This document shows, one piece after another, positions 48,511 to 58,219 of a stretch of DNA of 64,000 nucleotides. Below the pieces are notes generated by a model. The model saw only the letters and a program-made list of their open reading frames with translations. It did no database searches and had not been told where the DNA came from. A program made the position numbers and the translations under genes. Each line of letters starts with the position of its first letter. Position 1 is the stretch's first letter. This DNA comes from Candidatus Planktophila sp. (lineage in GTDB: Bacteria > Actinomycetota > Actinomycetes > Nanopelagicales > Nanopelagicaceae): positions 12,943-76,942 of the forward strand of contig JBILGH010000004.1 of assembly GCA_044351155.1 (NCBI GenBank). Direction: 5' to 3'.

Positions 48511-50363
48511 GTCAATCACTGATCAGTGGTTTACTTACCGTTTTTAAATTCACTTCTATAACTTCTAGTTTTTTACTAGTTGGCGCTCTTCTAGCAATTA
48601 CTTTTTTGACTCTGGATATAAATGGAAAAGTTGCTCAAACAAGTTTTGAGTTAAGAAAACTTGCTGCAATCTCAAGTTTGATTTGGATGTTCTCTAACAT
48701 CACTTTTATCGTCTTAACCTTGGCAAATATTCTGAACTCCAGTATTTCCGATGTACTGCAGTCAAATATTTTGCGCTCATTCTTAACCCAAGTGCCTCTT
48801 GGCCAGTATTTATCTGTCCAACTTCTGCTTTCGATCTTGATTTCAATAGCCATTCCTCGATTTAACTCAATCGGCACCGGTACTTTCTTATTGCTGGCCA
48901 CTTTGCTGGCGATCGTAGTTCCGGTTTTCCAAAGTCATTCAGCATCAAGTGGCTCACATTTAATGGCCATTGGTTCGCTCGCGATACATGTAATTGCCCT
49001 TGCTCTCTGGGTCGGAGGCGTATTCGCTTTGGCATTTCTTGCCCCTGATACCAGGGCTGTAGCTGTGCCGAGATTTAGTGTTCTAGCTCTTTGGGCCGCA
49101 ATCGCAGTCGTTGTAAGCGGTAGCGTGAATGCTTTTATCCGTCTTAACTTCAAAGAAGCTTGGAGCAGTAACTACGCCAACTTAGTTTTAGCTAAAGTTT
49201 TTCTAACGGCGGGCTTAATCGCAATCGGTTACTTGCATCGTAAGAATTTAACTGAAATCAAAGGTTCCAGATTTATCAAATTAGTTTTGGCTGAAGTTGG
49301 CATTATGATTTTTACTCTGGTCATTGGTTCACGGCTTGCTTCTAGTCAGCCACCAGAGCGCGAATCTGGTTTAGTTGTCGATCGTGCGCTATCTATAGTC
49401 GGTATCAAAACACCACAACCACCAACTCTTTCGCGCATACTCTTTGGTTACGAACCAGATGCGCTAATGATTGGATTGCTAGTCCTCGCAGTTGCGTTGT
49501 ATATAAAAGGCGTAATGGTTCTAACTAAGCGTGGCGATAAGTGGCCCGTCGGTCGCACTATTTCTTTTGCAATTGGAATCAGCACCGTTGATTTTGCGAC
49601 TAGCGGTGGTTTGGGCCTTTACGCACACTTCAGTTTCTCTTGGCACATGATTGCGCATATGACACTCGGAATGATTGCTCCGATCGCGATTGTTTTGAGT
49701 GCACCGATCACGTTGGCACTTCGCACTTTGCCGCAAGGTAGAAACTCAGAAGAACGTGGCGTTCGCGGAACGCTGCTCTCAGCTCTGCACTCGCGGTATT
49801 CGTCAATCATTGTTAACCCAGTAGGCGCACTAGTTATCTTTGATGGTTCGCTCTTTTTGCTCTATTTCACTTCACTTTTTGGCACCTTAATGAATACCCA
49901 CGCCGGCCACTTATTTATGAATATCCATTTCCTATTGGCGGGCTTTCTCTTCTTCCATGTAATTATTGGAATTGATCCAAATCCAAAACGACCACCATTT
50001 CTAGTGCGAATTGTGACTTTATTAGCTGCCATGAGTATCCACGCATTCTTCTCGGTCGCGCTAATGTCATCTTCAACTTTGATTGATTCAGGTTACTTCG
50101 ATTCCCTCCAAGTGCCATGGGTGGGCGATCTATTGGCTGATCAAAACAAAGGTGGTGCAATTGGTTGGGCTATGGGCGAAATTCCAATTTTGATCGCTCT
50201 CGTTGCGACTTTCATAATGTGGACACGCGACGATGCGCGAGAAGCTCGCCGAATTGATCGCTCAGCTGAGCGAATGGCGGCCATGGGACAGCCAGATGAG
50301 TTGGCTCAATATAATAACTACCTACAAGAACTTGCTGATCGCGAACGTCGGTCTGGCAAATAA
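48507..50363 (+). CDS. CopD-domain / cytochrome c oxidase assembly factor CtaG-domain fusion membrane protein
   Basis: 618 aa, polytopic. The C-terminal half has FSWHMIAHMTLGMIAP and HAGHLFMNIHFLLAGFLFF, typical of Caa3_CtaG. Confidence 0.7.
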   Translation: MSQSLISGLLTVFKFTSITSSFLLVGALLAITFLTLDINGKVAQTSFELRKLAAISSLIWMFSNITFIVLTLANILNSSISDVLQSNILRSFLTQVPLGQYLSVQLLLSILISIAIPRFNSIGTGTFLLLATLLAIVVPVFQSHSASSGSHLMAIGSLAIHVIALALWVGGVFALAFLAPDTRAVAVPRFSVLALWAAIAVVVSGSVNAFIRLNFKEAWSSNYANLVLAKVFLTAGLIAIGYLHRKNLTEIKGSRFIKLVLAEVGIMIFTLVIGSRLASSQPPERESGLVVDRALSIVGIKTPQPPTLSRILFGYEPDALMIGLLVLAVALYIKGVMVLTKRGDKWPVGRTISFAIGISTVDFATSGGLGLYAHFSFSWHMIAHMTLGMIAPIAIVLSAPITLALRTLPQGRNSEERGVRGTLLSALHSRYSSIIVNPVGALVIFDGSLFLLYFTSLFGTLMNTHAGHLFMNIHFLLAGFLFFHVIIGIDPNPKRPPFLVRIVTLLAAMSIHAFFSVALMSSSTLIDSGYFDSLQVPWVGDLLADQNKGGAIGWAMGEIPILIALVATFIMWTRDDAREARRIDRSAERMAAMGQPDELAQYNNYLQELADRERRSGK

Positions 50364-50377
50364 GTTATGGAGTAACA

Positions 50378-51523
50378 ATGGACGCGCTCTTTGATCTACC
50401 AAGTGAATATAAAGATCTGCGTGCCAGCGTTCGCTCGCTAGCTGAAAAAGAAATTGCTCCGCACGCACAAGCTGTCGATGAAGATCACCGTTTTCCGCAA
50501 GAAGCGCTTGATGCTTTACAGAAAGCTGGTTTAGCTGCTTCACACGTACCAACTGAATTTGGTGGCGAAGGCGCAGATGCACTTGGCGTTGTAATTATCA
50601 TTGAAGAAGTTGCTCGAGTTTGCGGATCTTCCTCACTTATTCCAGCAGTAAACAAGTTGGGATCACTTCCATTAATGCTTGGTGGAAATAAAGAACAGAA
50701 AGAACGTTGGCTAACCCAGTTAGCTAAAGGCAAAGGATTCTCTTATTGTTTATCAGAATCAGAGGCTGGCTCAGATGCGGCGTCAATGCGTACCAAAGCC
50801 GTTCAAAGTGGCGATAAATGGATTCTTAATGGCAGCAAAAAATGGATTTCTAATGCGGGCTTCTCTGACTTCTATACAGTTTTAGCAACCTCCGATGCAT
50901 CTCTTGGTGCTAAAGGAATTACGGCATTTGTAGTTGAAAAATCAGATCCCGGCGTATCTTTTGGGGCACCTGAAAAGAAGATGGGCTTTAGAGGTTCACC
51001 TACTCGCGAAGTTTATTTCGACAATGTTGAACTATCTGACGATCGTCGAATTAGCGAAGTAGGTAAAGGTTTTGCACTCGCTATGGATACTCTTGATCAC
51101 ACTCGAATAACTATTGCGGCTCAAGCGCTTGGTTTAGCTCAAGGCGCTCTTGATGTGGCAACAAAGTACGCACACGAACGTAAGCAATTCAATAAACCAA
51201 TCTTTGATTTCCAGGCAGTGCAATTTATGTTGGCTGATATGGCAATGAGTATTGAAGCCGCCCGTTTATTAACTTATGCCGCAGCCGCTAGATCAGAACG
51301 AAATGATCATGACCTAAAGTTCTTTTCGGCGTCAAGTAAATGTTTTGCTACCGACGTTGCGATGAAAGTAACCACTGACGCAGTTCAGATTTTGGGCGGA
51401 TACGGATATGTATCTGATTACCCAGTAGAACGCATGATGCGCGATGCCAAGTTAACTCAGATTTATGAGGGCACTAATCAGGTTCAGCGAATCGTGATTG
51501 CGCGCAATCTTCCTAAACCTTAA
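50378..51523 (+). CDS. Acyl-CoA dehydrogenase
   Basis: 381 aa, with CLSESEAGSDAASM and C-terminal QIYEGTNQVQRIVIAR. Confidence 0.9.
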   Translation: MDALFDLPSEYKDLRASVRSLAEKEIAPHAQAVDEDHRFPQEALDALQKAGLAASHVPTEFGGEGADALGVVIIIEEVARVCGSSSLIPAVNKLGSLPLMLGGNKEQKERWLTQLAKGKGFSYCLSESEAGSDAASMRTKAVQSGDKWILNGSKKWISNAGFSDFYTVLATSDASLGAKGITAFVVEKSDPGVSFGAPEKKMGFRGSPTREVYFDNVELSDDRRISEVGKGFALAMDTLDHTRITIAAQALGLAQGALDVATKYAHERKQFNKPIFDFQAVQFMLADMAMSIEAARLLTYAAAARSERNDHDLKFFSASSKCFATDVAMKVTTDAVQILGGYGYVSDYPVERMMRDAKLTQIYEGTNQVQRIVIARNLPKP

Positions 51524-52067
51524 AGCGCACAATTAAATCTGGTGTAGCTGCGGCATCTAATGGGATGTCATGTGGTTCGCGCGGTAATTTCTGGCTAGAT
51601 AATTCACCATCGTGAAGCAAGCCAATTTTCCAAGCTTGAACTTTAGGTAAGAAGCGATCGTAGAAACCGCCGCCTTGTCCCAATCGGTACCCATCTGAAT
51701 CCATTCGCAACGCTGGCACCAAGACCACATCTATTGCTGCTAGATCATTAAACGGCTCGCCAATAGGTTCAGAAATTTTATTTTTGTTATTTAGCTTTAA
51801 TTCATCGCCATCCCACTGCACCCAGGTCATCTCAGATCCATTGATGCAGGGAAGCAGGAGAGTTTTCCCAGCCTTGAGTAGGGATTGATTGAGCAACTTT
51901 GTTACTGGTTCATCACCATAAGAAAGATAGCTAGCCACTATGCAAGCGCTATTGATTTCAGAAACTTCTAATAAATTGGAAAATTCAACCGGAATGAAAC
52001 CGTCGTGACGTTCGAGCCGATAGCGCTTACGCAACCGCTCCTTGTCAGACTTCACAGCTTCATTCAT
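51513..52067 (-). CDS. 5-formyltetrahydrofolate cyclo-ligase
   Basis: RLGQGGGFYDRFL motif, 184 aa. Confidence 0.85.
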   Translation of the reverse strand: MNEAVKSDKERLRKRYRLERHDGFIPVEFSNLLEVSEINSACIVASYLSYGDEPVTKLLNQSLLKAGKTLLLPCINGSEMTWVQWDGDELKLNNKNKISEPIGEPFNDLAAIDVVLVPALRMDSDGYRLGQGGGFYDRFLPKVQAWKIGLLHDGELSSQKLPREPHDIPLDAAATPDLIVRFKV

Positions 52068-52112
52068 AGTTAAATCCCTAAGAAGTATCGAGTTACAAAG
52101 TATGGTGGGATT

Positions 52113-53024
52113 ATGTCAGAGCGCACAAAGGTAGATGAGTTTCTCACCTCACTAATTTCAATTTGTAAGCCACTTGAATCATTTGATATGCCATTGCTTG
52201 ATGCTCACGGAGCAACCTTGGCTAGCGATGTTCATGCGGGCGAGCGATTGGTCTTGCGCGCAGGAGCTCGAATCAGGGCTACCCAAATTGGCTTAGCTGC
52301 CTCAATTGGCTTAGATCATTTACCAACAAGGCCGCACCCACGTGTAGTAGTTCTCTCTGCCGGCCCAGATTTAGTTGAACCCGGAAAATCGCTTACCGGT
52401 GATGAGGAGTATGAAACTAATTCTTGGTTGCTTACTACTGCGGTTCGCGAGACTGGTGCTATTGGTTACCGCGTTCACTCGATTCCAGATGACGAAGAAG
52501 AACTGCAAAAAGTTATTGAAGATCAATTAGTACGTGCAGATTTAATTATTATTAGTGGCGAGCGCCAAGATGATTCCTTTGATCTAATTACTCGCACGCT
52601 ATCTAAATTAGGCGATATCACCACAGTTGATTTAGCAATTGAAGCAAGCGGGCGACATAACTTTGGCACTATCGGTCCTGATAAAACACCGGTAGTCACG
52701 CTTCCGGGTGATCCGATTTCGGCCTATATTTCATTCGAACTTTTTGTTCGCCCCATGATTCGCACATTGTTAGGGGCAGCAACAATTCATCGCCCAGCTG
52801 TTAAGGCGAAGCTAGAAAAACCTGTTGCATCTACGGCCGGACTACGTTCCTACATTCGCGCAATTCTTTCCGAAGATGGCGCTTCTGTAATGCCGCTTCC
52901 ATCGCAAGATGAGCAGTCGACGCTCTCTGATGCCAATGCTTTCATTGCACTCTCCGAAAGTGATATTGAAAAAGCAATTGGGCAAGAAGTCACCGTAGTT
53001 GTACTCGAACGTCGCTACATTTAA
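52113..53024 (+). CDS. MoeA/gephyrin-E-like protein, internally shortened and motif-degenerate (Glp-like)
   Basis: The ends align by eye with MoeA (..LASDV.. and LPGDPISAY for LPGNPVS), but the product is only 303 aa. The FDNSAMDGYA/TGAPVP region is absent, and GGVSVG reads ISGERQDDSFD. Confidence 0.65.
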   Translation: MSERTKVDEFLTSLISICKPLESFDMPLLDAHGATLASDVHAGERLVLRAGARIRATQIGLAASIGLDHLPTRPHPRVVVLSAGPDLVEPGKSLTGDEEYETNSWLLTTAVRETGAIGYRVHSIPDDEEELQKVIEDQLVRADLIIISGERQDDSFDLITRTLSKLGDITTVDLAIEASGRHNFGTIGPDKTPVVTLPGDPISAYISFELFVRPMIRTLLGAATIHRPAVKAKLEKPVASTAGLRSYIRAILSEDGASVMPLPSQDEQSTLSDANAFIALSESDIEKAIGQEVTVVVLERRYI

Positions 53025-53033
53025 GTAGCCGTA

Positions 53034-53633
53034 ATGAGAGATCATCTGAGTGGTCAAACTTGGCCGATCGTTTTAAAATGTGATGAACTAACGCTTCGCC
53101 CGTTGCGATTACGAGATCGAGCTAAATGGTTTGCAGTGCGTGCTGAAAATCGCGAGTGGTTGACCCCGTGGGAAGCGACCTTGCCACAAGTGCCAGAACA
53201 TATTGATGGCGGGGATCTGATTTCAAAAAGACCCTCATTTTTCGAGATGGTGCGCATCTATAACCGTGACGGGCGCAGTGGCCGCACCATTTCGCTGGCA
53301 ATTTGGCATGGCCCTAATCTGATTGGCCAGATAACTATGGGCGGCATTATTTATGGGGCACTGCGCGGCGCTCATGTTGGGTATTGGATTGATCGCCGCT
53401 TCGCCAATCGTGGATTTACTACGCAGGCCGTAGAGATGCTTACTACATACGGGTTTGATGAATTAGGACTCCATCGCATTGAGATTAATTTGCGCCCTGA
53501 AAATAGCGCTTCTCGTCGAGTGGCTGAAAAAGCTGGCTTTGTTTTGGAAGGTGAACGTCCACGTTTTCTGCATATTGATGGGGCATGGCGTGACCACATC
53601 TGCTTTGTAAAAGAGAACTTGGCAATTAAGTAG
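53034..53633 (+). CDS. rimJ: GNAT-family N-acetyltransferase (RimJ/RimL-like)
   Basis: GFTTQAVEMLTTYGFDELGLHRIEINLRPENSASRRVAEKAGF acetyl-CoA binding core. Confidence 0.8.
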   Translation: MRDHLSGQTWPIVLKCDELTLRPLRLRDRAKWFAVRAENREWLTPWEATLPQVPEHIDGGDLISKRPSFFEMVRIYNRDGRSGRTISLAIWHGPNLIGQITMGGIIYGALRGAHVGYWIDRRFANRGFTTQAVEMLTTYGFDELGLHRIEINLRPENSASRRVAEKAGFVLEGERPRFLHIDGAWRDHICFVKENLAIK

Positions 53634-53694
53634 CCAGCTTTAAAGGCCCTCAAATACCCGATTTGAGCGTGGTCGCCCCCTATCTTTAACCATC

Positions 53695-54471
53695 ATGACT
53701 TCAGGACTTATCTATCTCGCGATCGCCGGAATGTGGGTTTCCTACTTTCTGCCGCGCTGGATTCATGACCGCGAAGAGTTTTCTGGAAAATCAGTTGAGC
53801 GATACAAAAGTGCGCTAAAAGTTGTAGCTAGTAAATCTCCAGGCGGATTACCCGAAACTGGAATCATGCATACAGATCTAGATTTCGTTGCGAAGAACGC
53901 ACAAAAAATGTTACGTCGGCGAATAATTTTTACTTTGTTAACTTTTTCCTTATTAGCAACTTCGGTAGGTGGAGTTATGAATAGATTACAGTTCATTTAT
54001 ACCTTGGTCCCAATTTCTGGAATCGCACTTTATATTGTACAGGTACGCCGCGAGACAATCTCAGAGCGACTTCAACTGCGTCGCATCAAGCAACTACAAC
54101 GCGAGAGCAATGGCGTATCTACTACCAACCTAGTTGATGTAGTAACTCCTAAGGCAACAACTGATCATTGGATTCCGCTGTCAGAACGTGAGTTAACTGG
54201 CGTAGTTATTTTGCCAAAAGGTTCGGCCGAAGAACGTCGTACCTGGCAACCAGATTCGATCCCAGCACCAACATATTTGAGTGCGCCTAAAGCTGTTTCA
54301 CAGAAGCGCATTATTGATTTAACCGAGCCGGGCCGTTGGAGCGAAGAGCAAGAGAAGTTGGCTATCGCGGCCCTTAACGCTGTTGCGCCGTCTAAGGATG
54401 AAATCTTTGATCAGATTCTTGCTGACGAAGCGGTTGATCGTTTGCGTGACAGCAAAGCAGCTAACGAGTAA
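53695..54471 (+). CDS. Membrane protein of unknown function in the position of GlpR/SepX-type proteins
   Basis: N-terminal TM (LIYLAIAGMWVSYFL), a central pair of hydrophobic helices and a polar C-terminal tail. The assignment rests on synteny after moeA-like and rimJ. Confidence 0.45.
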   Translation: MTSGLIYLAIAGMWVSYFLPRWIHDREEFSGKSVERYKSALKVVASKSPGGLPETGIMHTDLDFVAKNAQKMLRRRIIFTLLTFSLLATSVGGVMNRLQFIYTLVPISGIALYIVQVRRETISERLQLRRIKQLQRESNGVSTTNLVDVVTPKATTDHWIPLSERELTGVVILPKGSAEERRTWQPDSIPAPTYLSAPKAVSQKRIIDLTEPGRWSEEQEKLAIAALNAVAPSKDEIFDQILADEAVDRLRDSKAANE

Positions 54472-54483
54472 TCAGATCGCTAG

Positions 54484-55779
54484 TTAGATCCAAGAAGGTA
54501 GCCACATTCGGGCATACCAAGCATCATAAGTAATAACTTCACCCGTAAAGATTGGGTAGAAGTAAACGAAGTTCAGCGCAATCAGAACAACCAAGATAGT
54601 TATTAAAGCTTGCGAAATTTCCTTTCTAACCCTTGATTCCATTAGGTATTTGGCGCAATAAACTAAGGCAAATATTAAGAATGGCTCGAATACGATGGCG
54701 TAGAAAGAAAAGACGGTTCGCTTTTGAAATAAGAACCAAGGTAGATACCCTGCAACTAAACCAGCCCAGATAAAGATAGGCGCTAATTCATATTTCTTAT
54801 TTAGTAAATTGCGAATCAAAACTCCGAGTACGACAAAGATCGCAATCGTGCCAAACCACCAAAGAAGTGGGGTACCCAAAGCCAAAACTTCTTGCGAGCA
54901 ACTGTCAGATCCGCAGTCTTTAGGTGTTCCATAAAAGAAAGAAGTTGGTCGACCTTGCACCAACCAGCTCCAGGGATTGGCCTGGTAGGAATGTTTTTCA
55001 ACTAAACCTGTATGGAAATTCAACATTTCGGAGTGGTAGTGCCAAAAAGATTTAAGTGCACTCGATGACCAATTGCGACTCCAGCCAAGGTCGCTACGGA
55101 ACCAACCGATCCAACTGATCAAGTAAGTCGCTACCGGCAGCAAACCGTACTGCACTGGAAATTTTAGGATTGGCTTTATCAATTGGCGACCAGAGTAGTT
55201 ACTGCTAATTCGATAGAAAGTTATTAAAGCAAAAACAATTAGGAAATAGAGACCGCTCCACTTAGTTGCTGCTGCCAAACCAAATGCGAATCCAGCCAAC
55301 CAATGCCAGTTTTTTAGCCAGGCCAAGAGAGCTAAAGCTACGAAGAAGGTTAGAAATAGATCAAGTAGAGCTGTTCTAGAGTGAACTAGTGCAAGGCCAT
55401 CAAGTGCGATTAAGCCGCTGGCAAGTGCAGCCCAACTATCTGACTTGAATAACTCTTTGGCAATCAAGCCCACGATAAGAATTAAGAGAGAACCAAAGAA
55501 GGCAGATGCGATTCGCCAACCAAATTCCTGATCACCAAAGAGCTTTATTCCAAGGGCGATTGCCCATTTACCAACGGGAGGATGAACAATGAATTCGGGC
55601 TTGAGGCCATCGACTTCAACGCCAAATTTCAAATAATCTTGCGCCCCGTTTACATAGTAGAGCTCATCGAAGATAAAGCCTTTTGGTTGATCAAGGCGGA
55701 AAAGCCGCATGCCGAAAGCGATAAGCGAGATCAAATAGATCGCATATGGCGCTAGCGCTGATCTGGCGAACTGCTTCAT
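54484..55779 (-). CDS. pmt: Protein O-mannosyltransferase (PMT family)
   Basis: FIFDELYYVNGAQDY (DE motif loop) in a polytopic protein, divergent to rsmI as in mycobacteria. I chose the start at MKQFARS to avoid overlapping rsmI. Confidence 0.78.
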   Translation of the reverse strand: MKQFARSALAPYAIYLISLIAFGMRLFRLDQPKGFIFDELYYVNGAQDYLKFGVEVDGLKPEFIVHPPVGKWAIALGIKLFGDQEFGWRIASAFFGSLLILIVGLIAKELFKSDSWAALASGLIALDGLALVHSRTALLDLFLTFFVALALLAWLKNWHWLAGFAFGLAAATKWSGLYFLIVFALITFYRISSNYSGRQLIKPILKFPVQYGLLPVATYLISWIGWFRSDLGWSRNWSSSALKSFWHYHSEMLNFHTGLVEKHSYQANPWSWLVQGRPTSFFYGTPKDCGSDSCSQEVLALGTPLLWWFGTIAIFVVLGVLIRNLLNKKYELAPIFIWAGLVAGYLPWFLFQKRTVFSFYAIVFEPFLIFALVYCAKYLMESRVRKEISQALITILVVLIALNFVYFYPIFTGEVITYDAWYARMWLPSWI

Positions 55780-55790
55780 GACGGTAGCGT

Positions 55791-56639
55791 ATGCGCGTGA
55801 GCTTAATTTTGGCAGCAACCCCACTTGGTAATCCAGGTGATGCGAGCGCGCGCTTGATTGCTGCGCTTACTGATGCCGATGTGATCGCTGCTGAAGATTC
55901 TCGCCGCTTTCATCGTTTAGCTGCTGATTTATGCGTGACCTTTACGGCTCGCGTCCTCTCTTTCTTTGAAGGAAATGAAGATGCTCGAACTCAAGAAGTT
56001 TTAGAGCTACTTAAGACTGGCTCAAAGGTAGTTGTTGTCTCTGATGCGGGGATGCCAACAATTAGTGATCCTGGTTTTAGGTTAATGCGCGATGCCATAG
56101 CTGCCAATATTGAAGTAAGTGTCTTGCCTGGGCCAAGTGCAGTCACTATGGCAATTGCGCTAGCTGGATTACCAACTGATCGATTTACCTTCGATGGTTT
56201 TGCACCAAGAGCAAGTGGAGCTCGACAAAAATTTTATGAATCGTTGCGGTTCGAAGAACGCACCATTGTTTTATTTGAAGCTCCGCATCGATTGGCCGAA
56301 TCATTGGCAGATGCGGTCGCTGCAATTGGCGGCGAACGTCAAGGTGCGATCTGCCGCGAAATGACCAAGCGCTATGAAGAAACAATCAGAGGTTCTCTTT
56401 CAGAATTACATAGCTGGGCAACCAGCAATGAAGTTTTAGGCGAAATCACATTAGTAATTGCCGGAGCTCCAGTTGGTGATGCAGCTGCAACTTCGGTTGA
56501 CATGGTCGCTCGAGTACGTGAATTTGAAGGTGCCGGCATGGACCGCAAAGGCGCAATTGCTACGGTGGCCGAGGAATTTAAGATCCCCAAGAAAATCGTT
56601 TATGCCGCAGTCGTCGATGCCAATAAGATGTCCCAATGA
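55791..56639 (+). CDS. rsmI: 16S rRNA (cytidine1402-2'-O)-methyltransferase
   Basis: LILAATPLGNPGDAS and VVSDAGMPTISDPG. Confidence 0.9.
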   Translation: MRVSLILAATPLGNPGDASARLIAALTDADVIAAEDSRRFHRLAADLCVTFTARVLSFFEGNEDARTQEVLELLKTGSKVVVVSDAGMPTISDPGFRLMRDAIAANIEVSVLPGPSAVTMAIALAGLPTDRFTFDGFAPRASGARQKFYESLRFEERTIVLFEAPHRLAESLADAVAAIGGERQGAICREMTKRYEETIRGSLSELHSWATSNEVLGEITLVIAGAPVGDAAATSVDMVARVREFEGAGMDRKGAIATVAEEFKIPKKIVYAAVVDANKMSQ

Positions 56640-58210
56640 GCGCAGTTAATAAATCTTTCTATCTAACGACGCCGATTTACTATGTAAACGATGCGCCACA
56701 TATTGGCCATGCGTACACAACTGTTGCTGGCGATGTTCTAACTCGCTGGCATCGTCAACGCGGCGAGTCAGTCTGGTTTTTAACTGGCACTGATGAGCAT
56801 GGCCAAAAGGTTATGCGCACGGCTGATCAGAACGGGGTAGCACCGCAAGATTGGTGTGACCGCTTGGTGGCAGATGCTTGGAAACCTAATTGGGCTGCGC
56901 TAAATATTGCCAACGATGACTTTATTCGTACCACCGAACCTCGCCATACCGAGAGAGTACAAAAGTTTTTACAGAGTTTAAAAGATGCTGACCATATTTA
57001 TGCTGGCAAGTATGAAGGCCCATATTGCGTTGGTTGCGAAGAATTCAAGCTTCCGGGTGATTTGATTGATGCCGGCGATGAAAAACTTTGTCCAATCCAC
57101 AGCAAACCAGTAGAAATTGTTAATGAAAATAATTATTTCTTCCGGTTATCCGCGTTTACCGACAAATTACTAGCGCACTACAAAGCAAATCCGCAAAGCT
57201 GCCAACCTGAAAGTGCGCGCAACGAAGTAATCTCTTTCCTTGAAGGTGGCGTCTCGGATCTTTCAATTTCACGTTCCACCTTTGATTGGGGAATTCCGGT
57301 TCCATGGGATACCGATCAAGTGGTTTATGTTTGGTTTGATGCGTTGCTTAACTATGCAACGGCGGTTGGCCTAACTGATGCACCAGATTCCGAAGGCGGC
57401 AAGAAGTTCGCCCAAACTTGGCCAGCCGATGTGCACTTAGTAGGTAAAGATATTTTGCGTTTCCATGCTGTCATCTGGCCAGCGATGTTGATGGCTGCCG
57501 GCCTTGAAGTTCCTAAGAAAGTTTTCGCGCATGGCTGGTTATTAGTTGGTGGCGAGAAGATGAGCAAGAGCAAGCTCACCGGTATCGCACCCAAAGACAT
57601 CACTGATCATTTCGGCGTAGATGCTTTCCGCTATTACTTTTTGCGCGCGATCCCATTTGGTAGCGATGGATCATTCTCTTGGGAAGATATGAGCGCTCGT
57701 TACACTAGCGAATTAGCTAATGATTTCGGTAATTTAGCTTCTCGGTTAGCGGCCATGATTGAGAAATACTGCGATGGCGTTCTGCCCGCAGTAAGCACTG
57801 ACGCTGGTTTGAGCGCAGCTTTGGCTGAAACTGTGGCCAAGGCCGATCTGGCGATGGTTGCTCTTGATTTCCAAGGTGGCATCAACGCAATTATGGAATT
57901 CTGTAAACGAGTAAATGGTTATGTGACCGAGAAAGAACCATGGAAACTAGCTAAAGATCCAGCTAATCAAGCTGAACTTGAATCTGTTCTTTATAACACT
58001 TCTGAAGCTTTACGCGCGCTAGCTGTTCTATTAAATCCAGTAATGCCCGCAACTTGTGAAATTCTCTGGCAATCATTGGGTGCTAATGAAAAGTTAGGCG
58101 CAATTGGCAACCAACCAATTTTAAACGTTGCTACTTGGGGTCAATTACCAGCAGGTTCAAAAGTTACTAAGACGCCAGTACTCTTTCCACGCCTTGAAGC
58201 TGCGGAATAA
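56636..58210 (+). CDS. metG: Methionine--tRNA ligase
   Basis: PHIGHAYT and KMSKSKL class I motifs, plus a CxxC..CP zinc knuckle (CVGCEEF..LCPIH). Confidence 0.95.
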   Translation: MSAVNKSFYLTTPIYYVNDAPHIGHAYTTVAGDVLTRWHRQRGESVWFLTGTDEHGQKVMRTADQNGVAPQDWCDRLVADAWKPNWAALNIANDDFIRTTEPRHTERVQKFLQSLKDADHIYAGKYEGPYCVGCEEFKLPGDLIDAGDEKLCPIHSKPVEIVNENNYFFRLSAFTDKLLAHYKANPQSCQPESARNEVISFLEGGVSDLSISRSTFDWGIPVPWDTDQVVYVWFDALLNYATAVGLTDAPDSEGGKKFAQTWPADVHLVGKDILRFHAVIWPAMLMAAGLEVPKKVFAHGWLLVGGEKMSKSKLTGIAPKDITDHFGVDAFRYYFLRAIPFGSDGSFSWEDMSARYTSELANDFGNLASRLAAMIEKYCDGVLPAVSTDAGLSAALAETVAKADLAMVALDFQGGINAIMEFCKRVNGYVTEKEPWKLAKDPANQAELESVLYNTSEALRALAVLLNPVMPATCEILWQSLGANEKLGAIGNQPILNVATWGQLPAGSKVTKTPVLFPRLEAAE

Positions 58211-58219
58211 TTCACTTTC

